DNA from: a virus
DNA: 64,000 nucleotides
Strand: one strand, 5' to 3'
IMG/VR virus record: IMGVR_UViG_3300025121_000023
Location: 48,561 to 112,560 of that record
Program-made: the position numbers and the translations under genes
Shown: piece by piece, positions 38,365-48,599 of the stretch
How the letters are laid out: each line of letters starts with the position of its first letter
Position numbering within the stretch: position 1 is the first letter of the stretch
The notes under the pieces: generated by a model
What the model was told of the DNA's origin: nothing
The model's database searches: none
What the model saw: the letters and a program-made list of their open reading frames with translations, nothing else

Positions 38365-39156
38365 TTACAATGTATTTTTAAATATATACGCTACTAAATC
38401 ATTAGCAGCTTTTTGGTCTTTACCACCAATATGCCACATAATACTATCTGTTTTAATTTCATTAATAGGTTTATATTCTTTATAATCATAAATATATAAA
38501 AGATCACCATTTTCTGATATTACATTCCAATTAAAAATAGTTCTATAATCTTCTCCGTAATCTGGTTCGCCAAATAATTTTACTAAATCATCATATTGTG
38601 CTTCTACTTCACTAAGTTTCCAACCACTATCACTTATTTTAGTAGATGTAAAAATAACATCTGGATTTCCTGGCAAGTTTTTTAATATTTCTTCTTTTGA
38701 TTTAGGTTTTAGTATGTTTCTTATATTTTCGTTTAAAGTTCTATAATAAATATATGCTAATAAATTATTCTTATCTATAGGGTTTGTACCACCAATATGC
38801 CATTTAAATGATAACATATTTTTTAATTTTACTGCTAAATAACCTGATGTATCGTCATAAATACTAACTGTTCTTCCACTAGTAGTTTTAAGTGTCCATA
38901 TAAAATTATTACCAGCTCTTCTACTTTTTTTATTTGCCCATCTTCTTTCTGGTTCACCAAATAATTTTACTAAATCATCATAAGATGTTTCAATATAACC
39001 TAATAAAAATATTCCTGCTAGTCCTTTTAATCTAGTAGGAATGAATGATGCATTTGGATCACCTGTAGTTGATATTGCTTTAATCATTTCATCATTAGAT
39101 TTCGGTTGAAGTAAATCTTTTACACTTTCTTTATATTGTTTATATGTCTTTATCAA
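38365..39156 (-). CDS. Tandem two-domain protein with CTS-like leader
   Basis: Two copies of YDDLVKLFGEP...IYD...WHIGG, each preceded by E-(S/N)(V/I)xx(L/I)LxPKS. Confidence 0.75.
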   Translation of the reverse strand: MIKTYKQYKESVKDLLQPKSNDEMIKAISTTGDPNASFIPTRLKGLAGIFLLGYIETSYDDLVKLFGEPERRWANKKSRRAGNNFIWTLKTTSGRTVSIYDDTSGYLAVKLKNMLSFKWHIGGTNPIDKNNLLAYIYYRTLNENIRNILKPKSKEEILKNLPGNPDVIFTSTKISDSGWKLSEVEAQYDDLVKLFGEPDYGEDYRTIFNWNVISENGDLLYIYDYKEYKPINEIKTDSIMWHIGGKDQKAANDLVAYIFKNTL

Positions 39157-39659
39157 AATAAAAGTCCTCCTTTTACACCTTTTGGTTTTTTTGTATCTTT
39201 TGGTAACAGATTATCATGACAATATAAATCACCTTTAACAACTAAATTTTCTGGTAATTTTTTTAATTGATTATATCTACAATCTAAATAACCTTTAACA
39301 ATTAAATTATCAGGTAAACTTTTTAACCTATTAAAACTACAATTTAAATCACCTTCAACAACTAAATTTTCAGGTAAATTAGTTAATTTATTATCATAAC
39401 AATATAAATAACCTTCAACAGTTAAATTATCAGGTAAACTAGTTAATTGATTATTACTACAATTTAAATTTCCATAATAAGTACAAATACCTTTGTTATT
39501 TCTAGGTAGTAAATCGTAATCTAATTGATATTTAATTATTATATATTCAATTTTTTTATTATCAGATAATCCTTCTAATGCTTTAATCATTTCATCTTTA
39601 GATTTCGGCTGAAGTAAATCTTTTACTGACTCATTATATTGTTTATATGTTTTTATCAT
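39153..39659 (-). CDS. Leucine-rich repeat protein (five 20-aa repeats) with CTS-like leader
   Basis: GxLxCxxNxLxxLPxNLxV repeats with 60-nt periodicity. Confidence 0.8.
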   Translation of the reverse strand: MIKTYKQYNESVKDLLQPKSKDEMIKALEGLSDNKKIEYIIIKYQLDYDLLPRNNKGICTYYGNLNCSNNQLTSLPDNLTVEGYLYCYDNKLTNLPENLVVEGDLNCSFNRLKSLPDNLIVKGYLDCRYNQLKKLPENLVVKGDLYCHDNLLPKDTKKPKGVKGGLLF

Positions 39660-40219
39660 AATATAAAATCTCCTGTTACTCCTTTTGGTTTTTTAATATC
39701 TTTTGGCAATAGATTATCATAACAAATTAAATAACCATCAACAACTAAATTTTCAGGCAAACTAGTTAACTTATTATATCTACAATCTAAATCACCATTA
39801 ACAGTTAAATTTTTTGGTAAAATAGTTAATTCATTAAAACTACAATTTAAATAACCATTAACAATTAAATTATCAGGCAAACTAGTTAACTTATTATATC
39901 TACAATCTAAATCACCATTAACAACTAAATTTTCTGGTAAACTAGTTAATTTATTATCACTACAATTTAAATTACCATTAACAACTAAATTGTCAGGCAA
40001 ACTAGTTAATTCATAAATACTACAATTTAAATGACCATAATAAGTACAAATACCTTCGCTATTTCTAGGTAATAAAGAATAATCTAATTGATATTGAATT
40101 ATTATATATTCAATTTTTTTATTATCAGATAATCCTTCTAATGCTTTTTTTACATCTTCATTAGATTTCGGTTGAAGTAAATCTTTTACTGATTCGTTAT
40201 ATTGTTTAAAAGTTTTCAT
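39656..40219 (-). CDS. Leucine-rich repeat protein (six 20-aa repeats) with CTS-like leader
   Basis: Close paralog of 39153. Confidence 0.8.
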   Translation of the reverse strand: MKTFKQYNESVKDLLQPKSNEDVKKALEGLSDNKKIEYIIIQYQLDYSLLPRNSEGICTYYGHLNCSIYELTSLPDNLVVNGNLNCSDNKLTSLPENLVVNGDLDCRYNKLTSLPDNLIVNGYLNCSFNELTILPKNLTVNGDLDCRYNKLTSLPENLVVDGYLICYDNLLPKDIKKPKGVTGDFIL

Positions 40220-40233
40220 ATTTTTTAATTATA

Positions 40234-40434
40234 TTAAATAAAATAATCAATTTCATCAGATGCTTCATTTATAATAATATCTATAAATTTTTTTTCATTT
40301 TCTGATAAGTTATTATACCAATTTGCAATTTCTAATTTTATATTATCATCTAATTGTGTTTTAAAAAAAAATAATCCACTATTGTTAATTATTTCATTAT
40401 CTGATTTTAATTTATTAAATAATTTAATTTTCAT
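40234..40434 (-). CDS. Small hypothetical protein
   Basis: 66 aa within an operon-like run. Confidence 0.55.
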   Translation of the reverse strand: MKIKLFNKLKSDNEIINNSGLFFFKTQLDDNIKLEIANWYNNLSENEKKFIDIIINEASDEIDYFI

Positions 40435-40443
40435 AATTATATT

Positions 40444-40725
40444 TTATTTTACAGTTATATCATAACTTTCGTGTTGTCCATAATAAATTCCACCAATTGT
40501 ACCAGAAAAAAATAATCTATAAATACCTGGTTCAGTAAATGTTATTGTAAAATTATCATCACAAAAAACTGTTAAATCATCACTTCTTCTACGATATTGA
40601 CAATTTTCTGGAATTGCACCAGAAATAAGTTTTAATTGAATTTTTTCATTAAGAACTATTGGTGAAAGAATAGTTACCAATGCTGACATACTTACACCCA
40701 TACTTACATTACTTTTATCACTCAT
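40444..40725 (-). CDS. Small hypothetical protein, beta-rich
   Basis: 93 aa with a TITFTEPGIYRL PKD/Ig-like pattern. Confidence 0.55.
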   Translation of the reverse strand: MSDKSNVSMGVSMSALVTILSPIVLNEKIQLKLISGAIPENCQYRRRSDDLTVFCDDNFTITFTEPGIYRLFFSGTIGGIYYGQHESYDITVK

Positions 40726-40730
40726 ATAAT

Positions 40731-42116
40731 TTAATCTTTTGTTTTTATAAATTTTTGAAGTTCTCTTAACTTATTATAATCTGGTTTATCTTTATCTAAT
40801 TCGTCATTAATAATATTTTCAAGTTCTCCTTGACTCATATTAATATAACTTTTTTCTTTATTAACTTTTTCTTCTTTTGGTTCAATTGATTCTGGTCTTG
40901 GCAATCTCTGTGCTCGTTGTAATGGTTCTTCATAAATTTCTTCTTTGTATGTTTCGGTAGGTTCTTCTAATATTGCTAAAACATTTTCAACAATTTTATA
41001 TCTTCTCATTAATATATCAGATTGATCTATATCTCCACTTAATATTATCTTAATTAATTCAACAAAATCTTTATCTTTAAGCATAATTAATTCACCATAA
41101 ATAAATTCTTTAATTGCTATTCTACTTACTTCTAATGGAAATTTTCTTTCTAAATAACTATTAAAATAATCTCTTAAATCAGCAGCAATAAAAGGACCAT
41201 ATTTGATATCTTCTTGTTCATCTTCTAATGAATCAACAGCATTTAATAATTTTTTAGCCATTTTTTCGTTTTCTGGTATTGCATTAGCTGCCATTAATTC
41301 ATAAATTGCTTTAACTGTTTCGTGAATAAGCATAGGTAAATCTAGTACTCTTACTTTAATTACTGGTGTCATATCTTCTTGTTCTCCTTCACTTCGATCT
41401 TCACTTTGATCTTCGCCTTTATTACTTTTCTTATTTGATTTTTTCCAATCAATTTCACTCATATTCGCCATTTCTGGCATTTCTTCCATCATATCACTTA
41501 AATCTGGCTTATTTGGATCCCAGTCAAATTTTCTATTTATATTTAAAAATTCTGTATAGTCCTGTAATAATCTTGGATCTATTGCATCTACCTTATCTTT
41601 TGCAGCAAACATCATACTATGAACATTTTGTGCTTCACCTTGCATAATATTATTTAAAATTTTTCTTTTACTAATACTTTCCTCCGGCAATTCAAATGTA
41701 TTTTCTATATCAAAATCAGAATTATAATTAATTTCATTATCTTCATCATCTTCATCATTTTCATCATCATCATCTTTTTCTTCTTTTTCTGGTTTATTTA
41801 TAGCTTTTTGAACCATTTCCATTTTTTCTGAATCATCAGGTAAAACTATTTTAATATCAAGTTCAACACCATCTAATATAGATCCATAATGGTCTAATAT
41901 TATTTGTTTTCCGATTTCTGTTAATTCTTCAAGATGTCCTTGTTGTTTTATCATTATATCTTGTGTTAATCTCATAGCATTCATAAAATCATTACGTTGA
42001 GGACCACTACCAAACATTTTTATAGATTTTTCTTCTATATTTTTAAGATAATCTTCTGGAAGAGTATCTTTAATATTAGCTTCAAATAATTCATTAAACC
42101 TTTTTAATTTTTTCAT
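40731..42116 (-). CDS. Acidic hypothetical protein with CTS-like leader
   Basis: Begins MKKLKRFNELFE and contains LIHETVK. Confidence 0.75.
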   Translation of the reverse strand: MKKLKRFNELFEANIKDTLPEDYLKNIEEKSIKMFGSGPQRNDFMNAMRLTQDIMIKQQGHLEELTEIGKQIILDHYGSILDGVELDIKIVLPDDSEKMEMVQKAINKPEKEEKDDDDENDEDDEDNEINYNSDFDIENTFELPEESISKRKILNNIMQGEAQNVHSMMFAAKDKVDAIDPRLLQDYTEFLNINRKFDWDPNKPDLSDMMEEMPEMANMSEIDWKKSNKKSNKGEDQSEDRSEGEQEDMTPVIKVRVLDLPMLIHETVKAIYELMAANAIPENEKMAKKLLNAVDSLEDEQEDIKYGPFIAADLRDYFNSYLERKFPLEVSRIAIKEFIYGELIMLKDKDFVELIKIILSGDIDQSDILMRRYKIVENVLAILEEPTETYKEEIYEEPLQRAQRLPRPESIEPKEEKVNKEKSYINMSQGELENIINDELDKDKPDYNKLRELQKFIKTKD

Positions 42117-42117
42117 T

Positions 42118-42378
42118 TTATTTAGAATATTTATTTTTTAAGAAATTTTCTATTTCTTTATCACCTTTAGATAATTCTAAAAACTTATTTGCAACTTCTT
42201 TAACAGTTGCTTTTGGTCTAGGATTTATTGAAGGTTTATCTCTTCTTATAGGTGAAGGTCTACCAGGTACTGTATTAGGTTTAACTCCTGGTTTAGTTAT
42301 TGGTTTTACTGTTGGTTCAGCTACATCTATTTCTACACCTTCTTGTAAGAAAATTTTAAACGATTTTATTTTTTTCAT
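42118..42378 (-). CDS. Small Pro-rich protein with CTS-like leader
   Basis: Begins MKKIKSFKIFLQE. Confidence 0.7.
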   Translation of the reverse strand: MKKIKSFKIFLQEGVEIDVAEPTVKPITKPGVKPNTVPGRPSPIRRDKPSINPRPKATVKEVANKFLELSKGDKEIENFLKNKYSK

Positions 42379-42397
42379 ATCTTTATTATTATTTTAT

Positions 42398-42724
42398 TTA
42401 TAATTCAATTTTTGTTAATCCAGTTCCATTCCAATCTGGATATAATATATATAATTTTTCAATCCATTTATCATGAGCAAAATCTAAAATATCAGCACCA
42501 TCACTAATTCTATTATATGCTGAATTAATATTATTTCCAAATGTAATAGTAACATAATTATTGTAATCATTAGTATAACTTGTTGAATCTGTATATACTT
42601 TAATTCTAGAATATACATAAGTAGAATCTATATTTAATCTTATATCTTCTATTCTTATATAACATGAATTTAAATTAATTCCACCTTGTATAGTAATTCC
42701 ACTATTTGAACATTGTATTGCCAT
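42398..42724 (-). CDS. Hypothetical protein, possibly virion-associated
   Basis: 108 aa downstream of the phage promoter motif. Confidence 0.6.
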   Translation of the reverse strand: MAIQCSNSGITIQGGINLNSCYIRIEDIRLNIDSTYVYSRIKVYTDSTSYTNDYNNYVTITFGNNINSAYNRISDGADILDFAHDKWIEKLYILYPDWNGTGLTKIEL

Positions 42725-42799
42725 TTTATTTAAATCATTTTTGTTTATTTTTATATATTAAATTTTATATATAGAATAAATAAAAATTAATTAATTATT

Positions 42800-43738
42800 A
42801 TGGAAAGAAATAATAAAATTAACGAAGCGTTAATGAGAGATAGTACTAAAAAACAAATGCAAAATTTGTTAAAAGATATAAATCACCAAGGTGGAGATAT
42901 AGGCAGCAAAGTCAGAAAAGACGAAAAAACTAAAGAAGATAAAATGCCTAATGCAGTATATATGGATAATCCGTTTGATAGCGATAGATTTATAGATACG
43001 TGGGAACATTTTTCAACTCATGATGCTCATAATAGAACTACTACTGATAAAATGAATGATAGTAAAAGAGGTGGAGTTGTTGAAAGTTTTGAAAAATTTA
43101 CTAGCATAAAGGAAGATTTTGATGAAGAAGATTTCGATGAAGAAGATTTCGATGAAGCTGCTGTAAGTCTTATAAATGATTTAAAATATAATTATAATGT
43201 TACTGACCAAGAAATTAATCAACTTAGAAATTTATTGGAAGATGGTAATAAAGAAGAATTTGTTAAAAGATATATTAAAAAAACAGGTAAAACTGTTTCT
43301 GAATTACCTGAAGCTATTTTAGCATCTGAATTATTAGAAAAAGTATCTACTAAAACATCTACTAAAGTATCTACTAAAACATCTACTAAAACTCCAAAAA
43401 AAGAAGAAAAAGTCGTATTAGGAATTAATGATTGGATACAAACATTAGATTCTGATGTTATTGGTAATTGTTGTGATAAAACAAAACCTATGTTTGTAAA
43501 TAGACCAAATATAACTAATAGATCATCATATGATGTTTTAAGAACAGGAAAATTTATTGAATTTGAAGGTTATACTGGACAAATAATAGGTATTAAAGGT
43601 AATCAAATAGAGTTAGACATCATAGATGAAAATAATAAACACGTTAGTAAAACGTTTCCTTTAAATCAAGTTTTAAAAGCATTAAAAAATAACGAAATAG
43701 AAGTAGATAAAGAAAAAAAGAAAAATAAAGAAAAATAA
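42800..43738 (+). CDS. Hypothetical protein with short internal repeats
   Basis: EDFDE occurs three times and KVSTKTST twice. Confidence 0.7.
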   Translation: MERNNKINEALMRDSTKKQMQNLLKDINHQGGDIGSKVRKDEKTKEDKMPNAVYMDNPFDSDRFIDTWEHFSTHDAHNRTTTDKMNDSKRGGVVESFEKFTSIKEDFDEEDFDEEDFDEAAVSLINDLKYNYNVTDQEINQLRNLLEDGNKEEFVKRYIKKTGKTVSELPEAILASELLEKVSTKTSTKVSTKTSTKTPKKEEKVVLGINDWIQTLDSDVIGNCCDKTKPMFVNRPNITNRSSYDVLRTGKFIEFEGYTGQIIGIKGNQIELDIIDENNKHVSKTFPLNQVLKALKNNEIEVDKEKKKNKEK

Positions 43739-43839
43739 GACGTTTAAGGCTATATTTAATTCTGATAAGGAATTCTATATGAATAATGAAATAATTGATT
43801 ATAATGAATATATATAGTGTTAAAATGGATATTTAAAAC

Positions 43840-43873
43840 AAAAAGGGATATAAATAAAATATATCCCTTTTTT
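43840..43873. terminator. Bidirectional terminator-like hairpin between convergent genes
   Basis: aaaaagggatata-aataaaa-tatatccctttttt. Confidence 0.75.
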
Positions 43874-43890
43874 ATAAACGAAAAACTAAA

Positions 43891-44721
43891 TTAACTTAAT
43901 TTTTCTATTTTATCTTCTAATTCAGAAGCTTTAATAACTTCTAATTCACCATTTTCTTCTGGATCTTTAGTTTTTAAAACTTCATCTAATGCAGCACCCC
44001 ATAATTTACAATCTTCTTTAATACGTTCAACAATAACATTGTAAGCATTAAATAATTTATTAGTTCCTGCTATTTTATAAAGAATAGATCTAAAATGTCT
44101 ATAATCAGAACCAGAACCTTTAACTTTAAAATTTTTAATTAAATGATGTAAAATTAAAATCATTTGAATTTTCATGTCAAATACATATTCAGTTTTACTT
44201 TTATCTTCATTATACTTTTCTATCGCATCTTTCCAAAATTCTTCATATAATTTAATATAATTAAAAACATCATCACTATTATATTCAATAGTTTTTGTTA
44301 AAATTTTATCTAAAAACTTTATTTCTTCTGATGATAAAATAATTTTAAAAAATACTTCATTTAAATAATTTATAAAAGCATTTACTAAATAATTGGATAA
44401 TGCATAAACTTTATCAACATCACTAATTTGCATTTCTTTTACTAAATCTGAATTAGGATCATATTTTCTAAGTAAATTATGAATAGATTCTTTTTTAGCA
44501 TCAATTGATTTAATAGATTCTTCACTAAGATATTTGCTAGCATAATCATTTAAAACATTATTAGCTTCGTTATTTTTATGAGCTTTATTTTTATGTGCAA
44601 TTTCACCAACAGCATTATAATATCCATTGATATCAAAATCTTTATCAATAATTATATCTAATTCTTCTAATTCTTTAGCTTTATCTAAATATTCTTGAAA
44701 TTTATCGTCTTTTTCTAACAT
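43891..44721 (-). CDS. Hypothetical protein
   Basis: 276-aa ORF. Confidence 0.7.
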   Translation of the reverse strand: MLEKDDKFQEYLDKAKELEELDIIIDKDFDINGYYNAVGEIAHKNKAHKNNEANNVLNDYASKYLSEESIKSIDAKKESIHNLLRKYDPNSDLVKEMQISDVDKVYALSNYLVNAFINYLNEVFFKIILSSEEIKFLDKILTKTIEYNSDDVFNYIKLYEEFWKDAIEKYNEDKSKTEYVFDMKIQMILILHHLIKNFKVKGSGSDYRHFRSILYKIAGTNKLFNAYNVIVERIKEDCKLWGAALDEVLKTKDPEENGELEVIKASELEDKIEKLS

Positions 44722-44739
44722 TTTTATTTATTTATTTTT

Positions 44740-45159
44740 TTAATCTTGTTCTTCTTTATTTTGAACAATTAATCTTTCTGTTTCATTTGCTCTTTCAACT
44801 TCTTTATAAGTATATTTATTTACAATACCAAAAGAAGTTTTTAAAATAGATTGTACAATTTTAAATGTTCCTTTATCTAAATTCATTTCTATTTTATCTA
44901 ATTCTTGTTCAAATAAAATTCGTCTAATTTTATCATCAAACTTATTAAAATAATCTTCATTAATAGTAACTATTACTTCTGCATTTAATAAAACTGCGAA
45001 ATTATCTGGAATTTTTTTAATTGTAATTAAACATTTTTGTTTTGTATTTGTCTGAAAAATATATTTCAAATCCATCGCAAATACAAATTCTTGTTCTGTT
45101 GTTTTAAAGAAACTTCTTATATCTTCATCTAATTCGTAATATTGATCTGTTTTTAACAT
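44740..45159 (-). CDS. Hypothetical protein, possibly a degenerate phage metallopeptidase-like fold
   Basis: ILFEQELDKI occupies the place where HELxH would be expected. Confidence 0.45.
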   Translation of the reverse strand: MLKTDQYYELDEDIRSFFKTTEQEFVFAMDLKYIFQTNTKQKCLITIKKIPDNFAVLLNAEVIVTINEDYFNKFDDKIRRILFEQELDKIEMNLDKGTFKIVQSILKTSFGIVNKYTYKEVERANETERLIVQNKEEQD

Positions 45160-45178
45160 TTTTTATTTATTTATTTTT

Positions 45179-45640
45179 TTATATTAATATTTGATTAATT
45201 AGATATATTCCCAATATTAATAAAAGTCCAATTCCAATCCCCCAAAAAGATAATAATAAATAACCAATTACACTAAAAATAGTTATTAATGTCAACCATA
45301 TTATACGACTTGCTAATTTAGCAGTATTTATATATTTATATCTAAATGCTATTCCTACTTGTATATCATTTAATTCAATAACTTCCATAAGCCCTATTAA
45401 TTCACTTAAACCAATTGATACAAAATATTGATCGATGTTTTTTATTTCATTTTTTAATAATTTATCAAGATAATTTGGACCTAAATTTTTAATAGCTTCC
45501 ATTTCTTCTTTAGGTATTGTATATGTTTTATATAATCTCCAAACCCAATCATATGAAATACCATGTAATTTTTTTAATTCTTTTTTATTTGCTTTAATAA
45601 TTTTTCTATATATGAAAAAATTTTTTAAATTATTAGCCAT
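45179..45640 (-). CDS. Membrane protein
   Basis: Two C-terminal hydrophobic helices. Confidence 0.7.
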   Translation of the reverse strand: MANNLKNFFIYRKIIKANKKELKKLHGISYDWVWRLYKTYTIPKEEMEAIKNLGPNYLDKLLKNEIKNIDQYFVSIGLSELIGLMEVIELNDIQVGIAFRYKYINTAKLASRIIWLTLITIFSVIGYLLLSFWGIGIGLLLILGIYLINQILI

Positions 45641-45777
45641 GCTTTTTTAATTTATTTTTTATATGTTCGTTGAATGAATTATGAATTTATAGTTCATTCA
45701 ATTATACCTTATATTTTAAAAATAATTAAAAGTTTAATTATGATTTTCAAAAATGTTTAGTTTTAAACAAAAAAAAA

Positions 45778-48201
45778 TTAACTTTGAATTGTATCGGTAG
45801 TATTTACATTTTGTCCACCTTTATCTTGAATTACATATATTAATAATTCATCAAATTTTGATAAAACATTATCAAACTTTTCTAATATTTTATCATTAGA
45901 TATTGTTTGTGATTGGTCTAATGCTGCAATATTTTCTACTACTTGTGGAGATACTTGTTTTTGATATGCTTGTCCAGATGAACCTTCTACACTAATAACA
46001 TTTGATAATTGTTTTTTATTATCATCTAAAACTTTTAATACTTTTTTAAGTTGGGCATCATCAACAGCAGACATAATTGTTATACTAGCTGTTAAATTAT
46101 TTAATTTATCAATACCATCAGTATTTAATTTATCTAATTGTTTTACTAAATCTTTAATAGAATCTGTAAATTTATCTATAATTTTTACTTTATTTTCATC
46201 TAATGTACTGAAACTTTCAGTAAATGCAGATATTGCTGATGCAGTATTTTTAGCCCAGGTTTGATCAGGTCCTCCTGCCCAAGTTCCGTTTGCTAATTCT
46301 TTGGATACTTTAACCATTGATTTAGCAATATTAACCATAAAATCTCCAAATTTATCATCTGAACTACCAAACACTTTACCTAATAACGATTGTTTTGCAC
46401 TCATCGCTTCATATGCATTGACAAATGGCATTATAGACATAGATACACCTTCTGCCCATTCTTTTTTAGGATAACCACTATCCCAACCGTCATATCCTCC
46501 TAATACTTTTGCAACTTCTATCATTCCGTTAGCTACAGAATTCATAAATTTTGTAAATTTTTCTGAATCAACTTCTTTACTAAAGAAACTTGTATCTGTT
46601 GATGCATCTAATGCCTGTGCAAATGCACCTAACGCTAATCCAATTCCTTCTGCCCATTTTTTTGTTGGTCCACCTGTAAAATTACCACCAGCTAACGTTA
46701 AAGACGCATCTTTAATAGCTGTTGCTATTGTTGCTACATGTGGTAGTCCTCTATTTAATAAAAGCCCTACACCTGGGATACCTAATGCCATTGTTCCTAT
46801 ACTAAATGCCGCTAATGCTAATCCAGTGCCTAATGCCCATTTTAATGATGGATATTTTCCATAATCACCTGTTGAAAAAATATGAGATGCTGCAACTATT
46901 GATGCCGCAACAACTGGAACTAATAAAGCGCCTGCTCCTATTGCTAATGCTCCTATACCAGTCATTGCAATTATACCTAAAGCTAATACGGCAGGTGTAA
47001 ATAATAATACTGCTAATCCTACACCAGCAGACCATTTTAATGATGGATAATTGCCATCATATTTTCCATAATTTAATATCCAACTAGAAATCATAATAGC
47101 ACCCGCAACAGTAATTATACCTAATGATCCTACTAATAATTGTTTTATTCCTATTTTTGATAATATAAAAACAGTAGGCGTAAACATTAAAATAGATAGA
47201 CCAATTATAAATGATCCTATTAGTAATGATATTGGATCTTTTATTGGCTGAAATAATAAAAATGCCCAAGATGCAGCAACTATACCAGCAGCAATAATTG
47301 GTAAAATTAATGTTGTAGCTAATATTTTTTTATAATTTATATTATCACCTAATACCTTCATCACAAACATTATACCAATTGATGCAATACCTAATCCTAT
47401 ACCAACTATAGCTAATGACAATACTTTATCCCAGGATACTGGTTGCATATTTTGTAATACAAAGCTAGATAATACTAAACCACCTGCTATAGCTGGTAAT
47501 ATTATAGGTAAAAGTAAATATTTTGCAATATCTTTAGGTTCAAATGACATATTTCTTATTGCCATAGATATAAATAAAACAGCCACACCTAATGCTCCTG
47601 CTACAAATACAAGCGATAACATTTGCATTGGATTTAACGATTGAAACCCTTGTAAAATAATACTTGATATAGTTATAGCAGTTGACATTACAATAAATGC
47701 TAATCCTATCATTAATGCTTTTTGAGGTGTCAAATCTTTCATTTTACCTATTTCAGCAAATGCATATGAAACAGCTAATATACCTGCACTTAATGCTAAA
47801 ACAGATAAAAAATCTATGTTACCTACTAATTGAAATGCTAAACCGATTGCTAATACGCCACCCGCTATTAACATAATAACTTCTACTCCACTAACAATTT
47901 TTTCTTTATTTTCTTTATCTTGTACTTTACCAAATAGACCAGATTCTTTTTGTTTTCTAGATTCTTTTATTTCTTCTAAAATTTCTTTTGTTCTATTATC
48001 TACACTTTTAGATACTTCTAATATTTTTTTAATGTCTTCTGATATCTTCCCTATCTTATCACCATCCAAAGTCGAAGCCATGTGATTGATAGCATCATCA
48101 CCTTTTTTATTTTGTTCTTGTAATAATTCTACAATATTTTCTAATGCTGTAGTAAAATTTTGTAGATTATCTATAAACGCTTGATCTAATTTTGAAGCCA
48201 T
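45778..48201 (-). CDS. Tape-measure-like multi-TM protein
   Basis: 807 aa with a coiled-coil N-terminus, many Ala/Gly-rich hydrophobic segments and repeated YPSLKW/GPTKKWAEG units. Confidence 0.5.
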   Translation of the reverse strand: MASKLDQAFIDNLQNFTTALENIVELLQEQNKKGDDAINHMASTLDGDKIGKISEDIKKILEVSKSVDNRTKEILEEIKESRKQKESGLFGKVQDKENKEKIVSGVEVIMLIAGGVLAIGLAFQLVGNIDFLSVLALSAGILAVSYAFAEIGKMKDLTPQKALMIGLAFIVMSTAITISSIILQGFQSLNPMQMLSLVFVAGALGVAVLFISMAIRNMSFEPKDIAKYLLLPIILPAIAGGLVLSSFVLQNMQPVSWDKVLSLAIVGIGLGIASIGIMFVMKVLGDNINYKKILATTLILPIIAAGIVAASWAFLLFQPIKDPISLLIGSFIIGLSILMFTPTVFILSKIGIKQLLVGSLGIITVAGAIMISSWILNYGKYDGNYPSLKWSAGVGLAVLLFTPAVLALGIIAMTGIGALAIGAGALLVPVVAASIVAASHIFSTGDYGKYPSLKWALGTGLALAAFSIGTMALGIPGVGLLLNRGLPHVATIATAIKDASLTLAGGNFTGGPTKKWAEGIGLALGAFAQALDASTDTSFFSKEVDSEKFTKFMNSVANGMIEVAKVLGGYDGWDSGYPKKEWAEGVSMSIMPFVNAYEAMSAKQSLLGKVFGSSDDKFGDFMVNIAKSMVKVSKELANGTWAGGPDQTWAKNTASAISAFTESFSTLDENKVKIIDKFTDSIKDLVKQLDKLNTDGIDKLNNLTASITIMSAVDDAQLKKVLKVLDDNKKQLSNVISVEGSSGQAYQKQVSPQVVENIAALDQSQTISNDKILEKFDNVLSKFDELLIYVIQDKGGQNVNTTDTIQS

Positions 48202-48209
48202 TTATTTAA

Positions 48210-48584
48210 TCATTTTGTTTTATATTTGCTTGTATCCTTTAATTTTTGATTTTTATCATCAAGTTCGTGGACATCGGTATCTAAATTTTCTATATTTTGT
48301 TGCAATTTTTCAATTGTTTGTTCTAATTCATCTTTCTTTTGTAATAATAATTCTTTATTATCAGTAGTATAAGTATCTATTTCCATTTTATTGATTTTTT
48401 CAATTAAATCTTCTAATTCTTGTTTTTTCAAATCAATATTATCTCTTAGTTTTTGTATTTCTGCTGATGCATCTTCTATTTTAGTTTCGTCATACCCATC
48501 GATATTATCATCACCATCAATCATGTTTTGCATAATTTCTTCATATGATTCACAAAATAATTTATATGTTTTTAAAGTTTTCAT
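48210..48584 (-). CDS. Coiled-coil protein with CTS-like leader
   Basis: Begins MKTLKTYKLFCE. Confidence 0.7.
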   Translation of the reverse strand: MKTLKTYKLFCESYEEIMQNMIDGDDNIDGYDETKIEDASAEIQKLRDNIDLKKQELEDLIEKINKMEIDTYTTDNKELLLQKKDELEQTIEKLQQNIENLDTDVHELDDKNQKLKDTSKYKTK

Positions 48585-48599
48585 TTTTTATCTTTTGTT

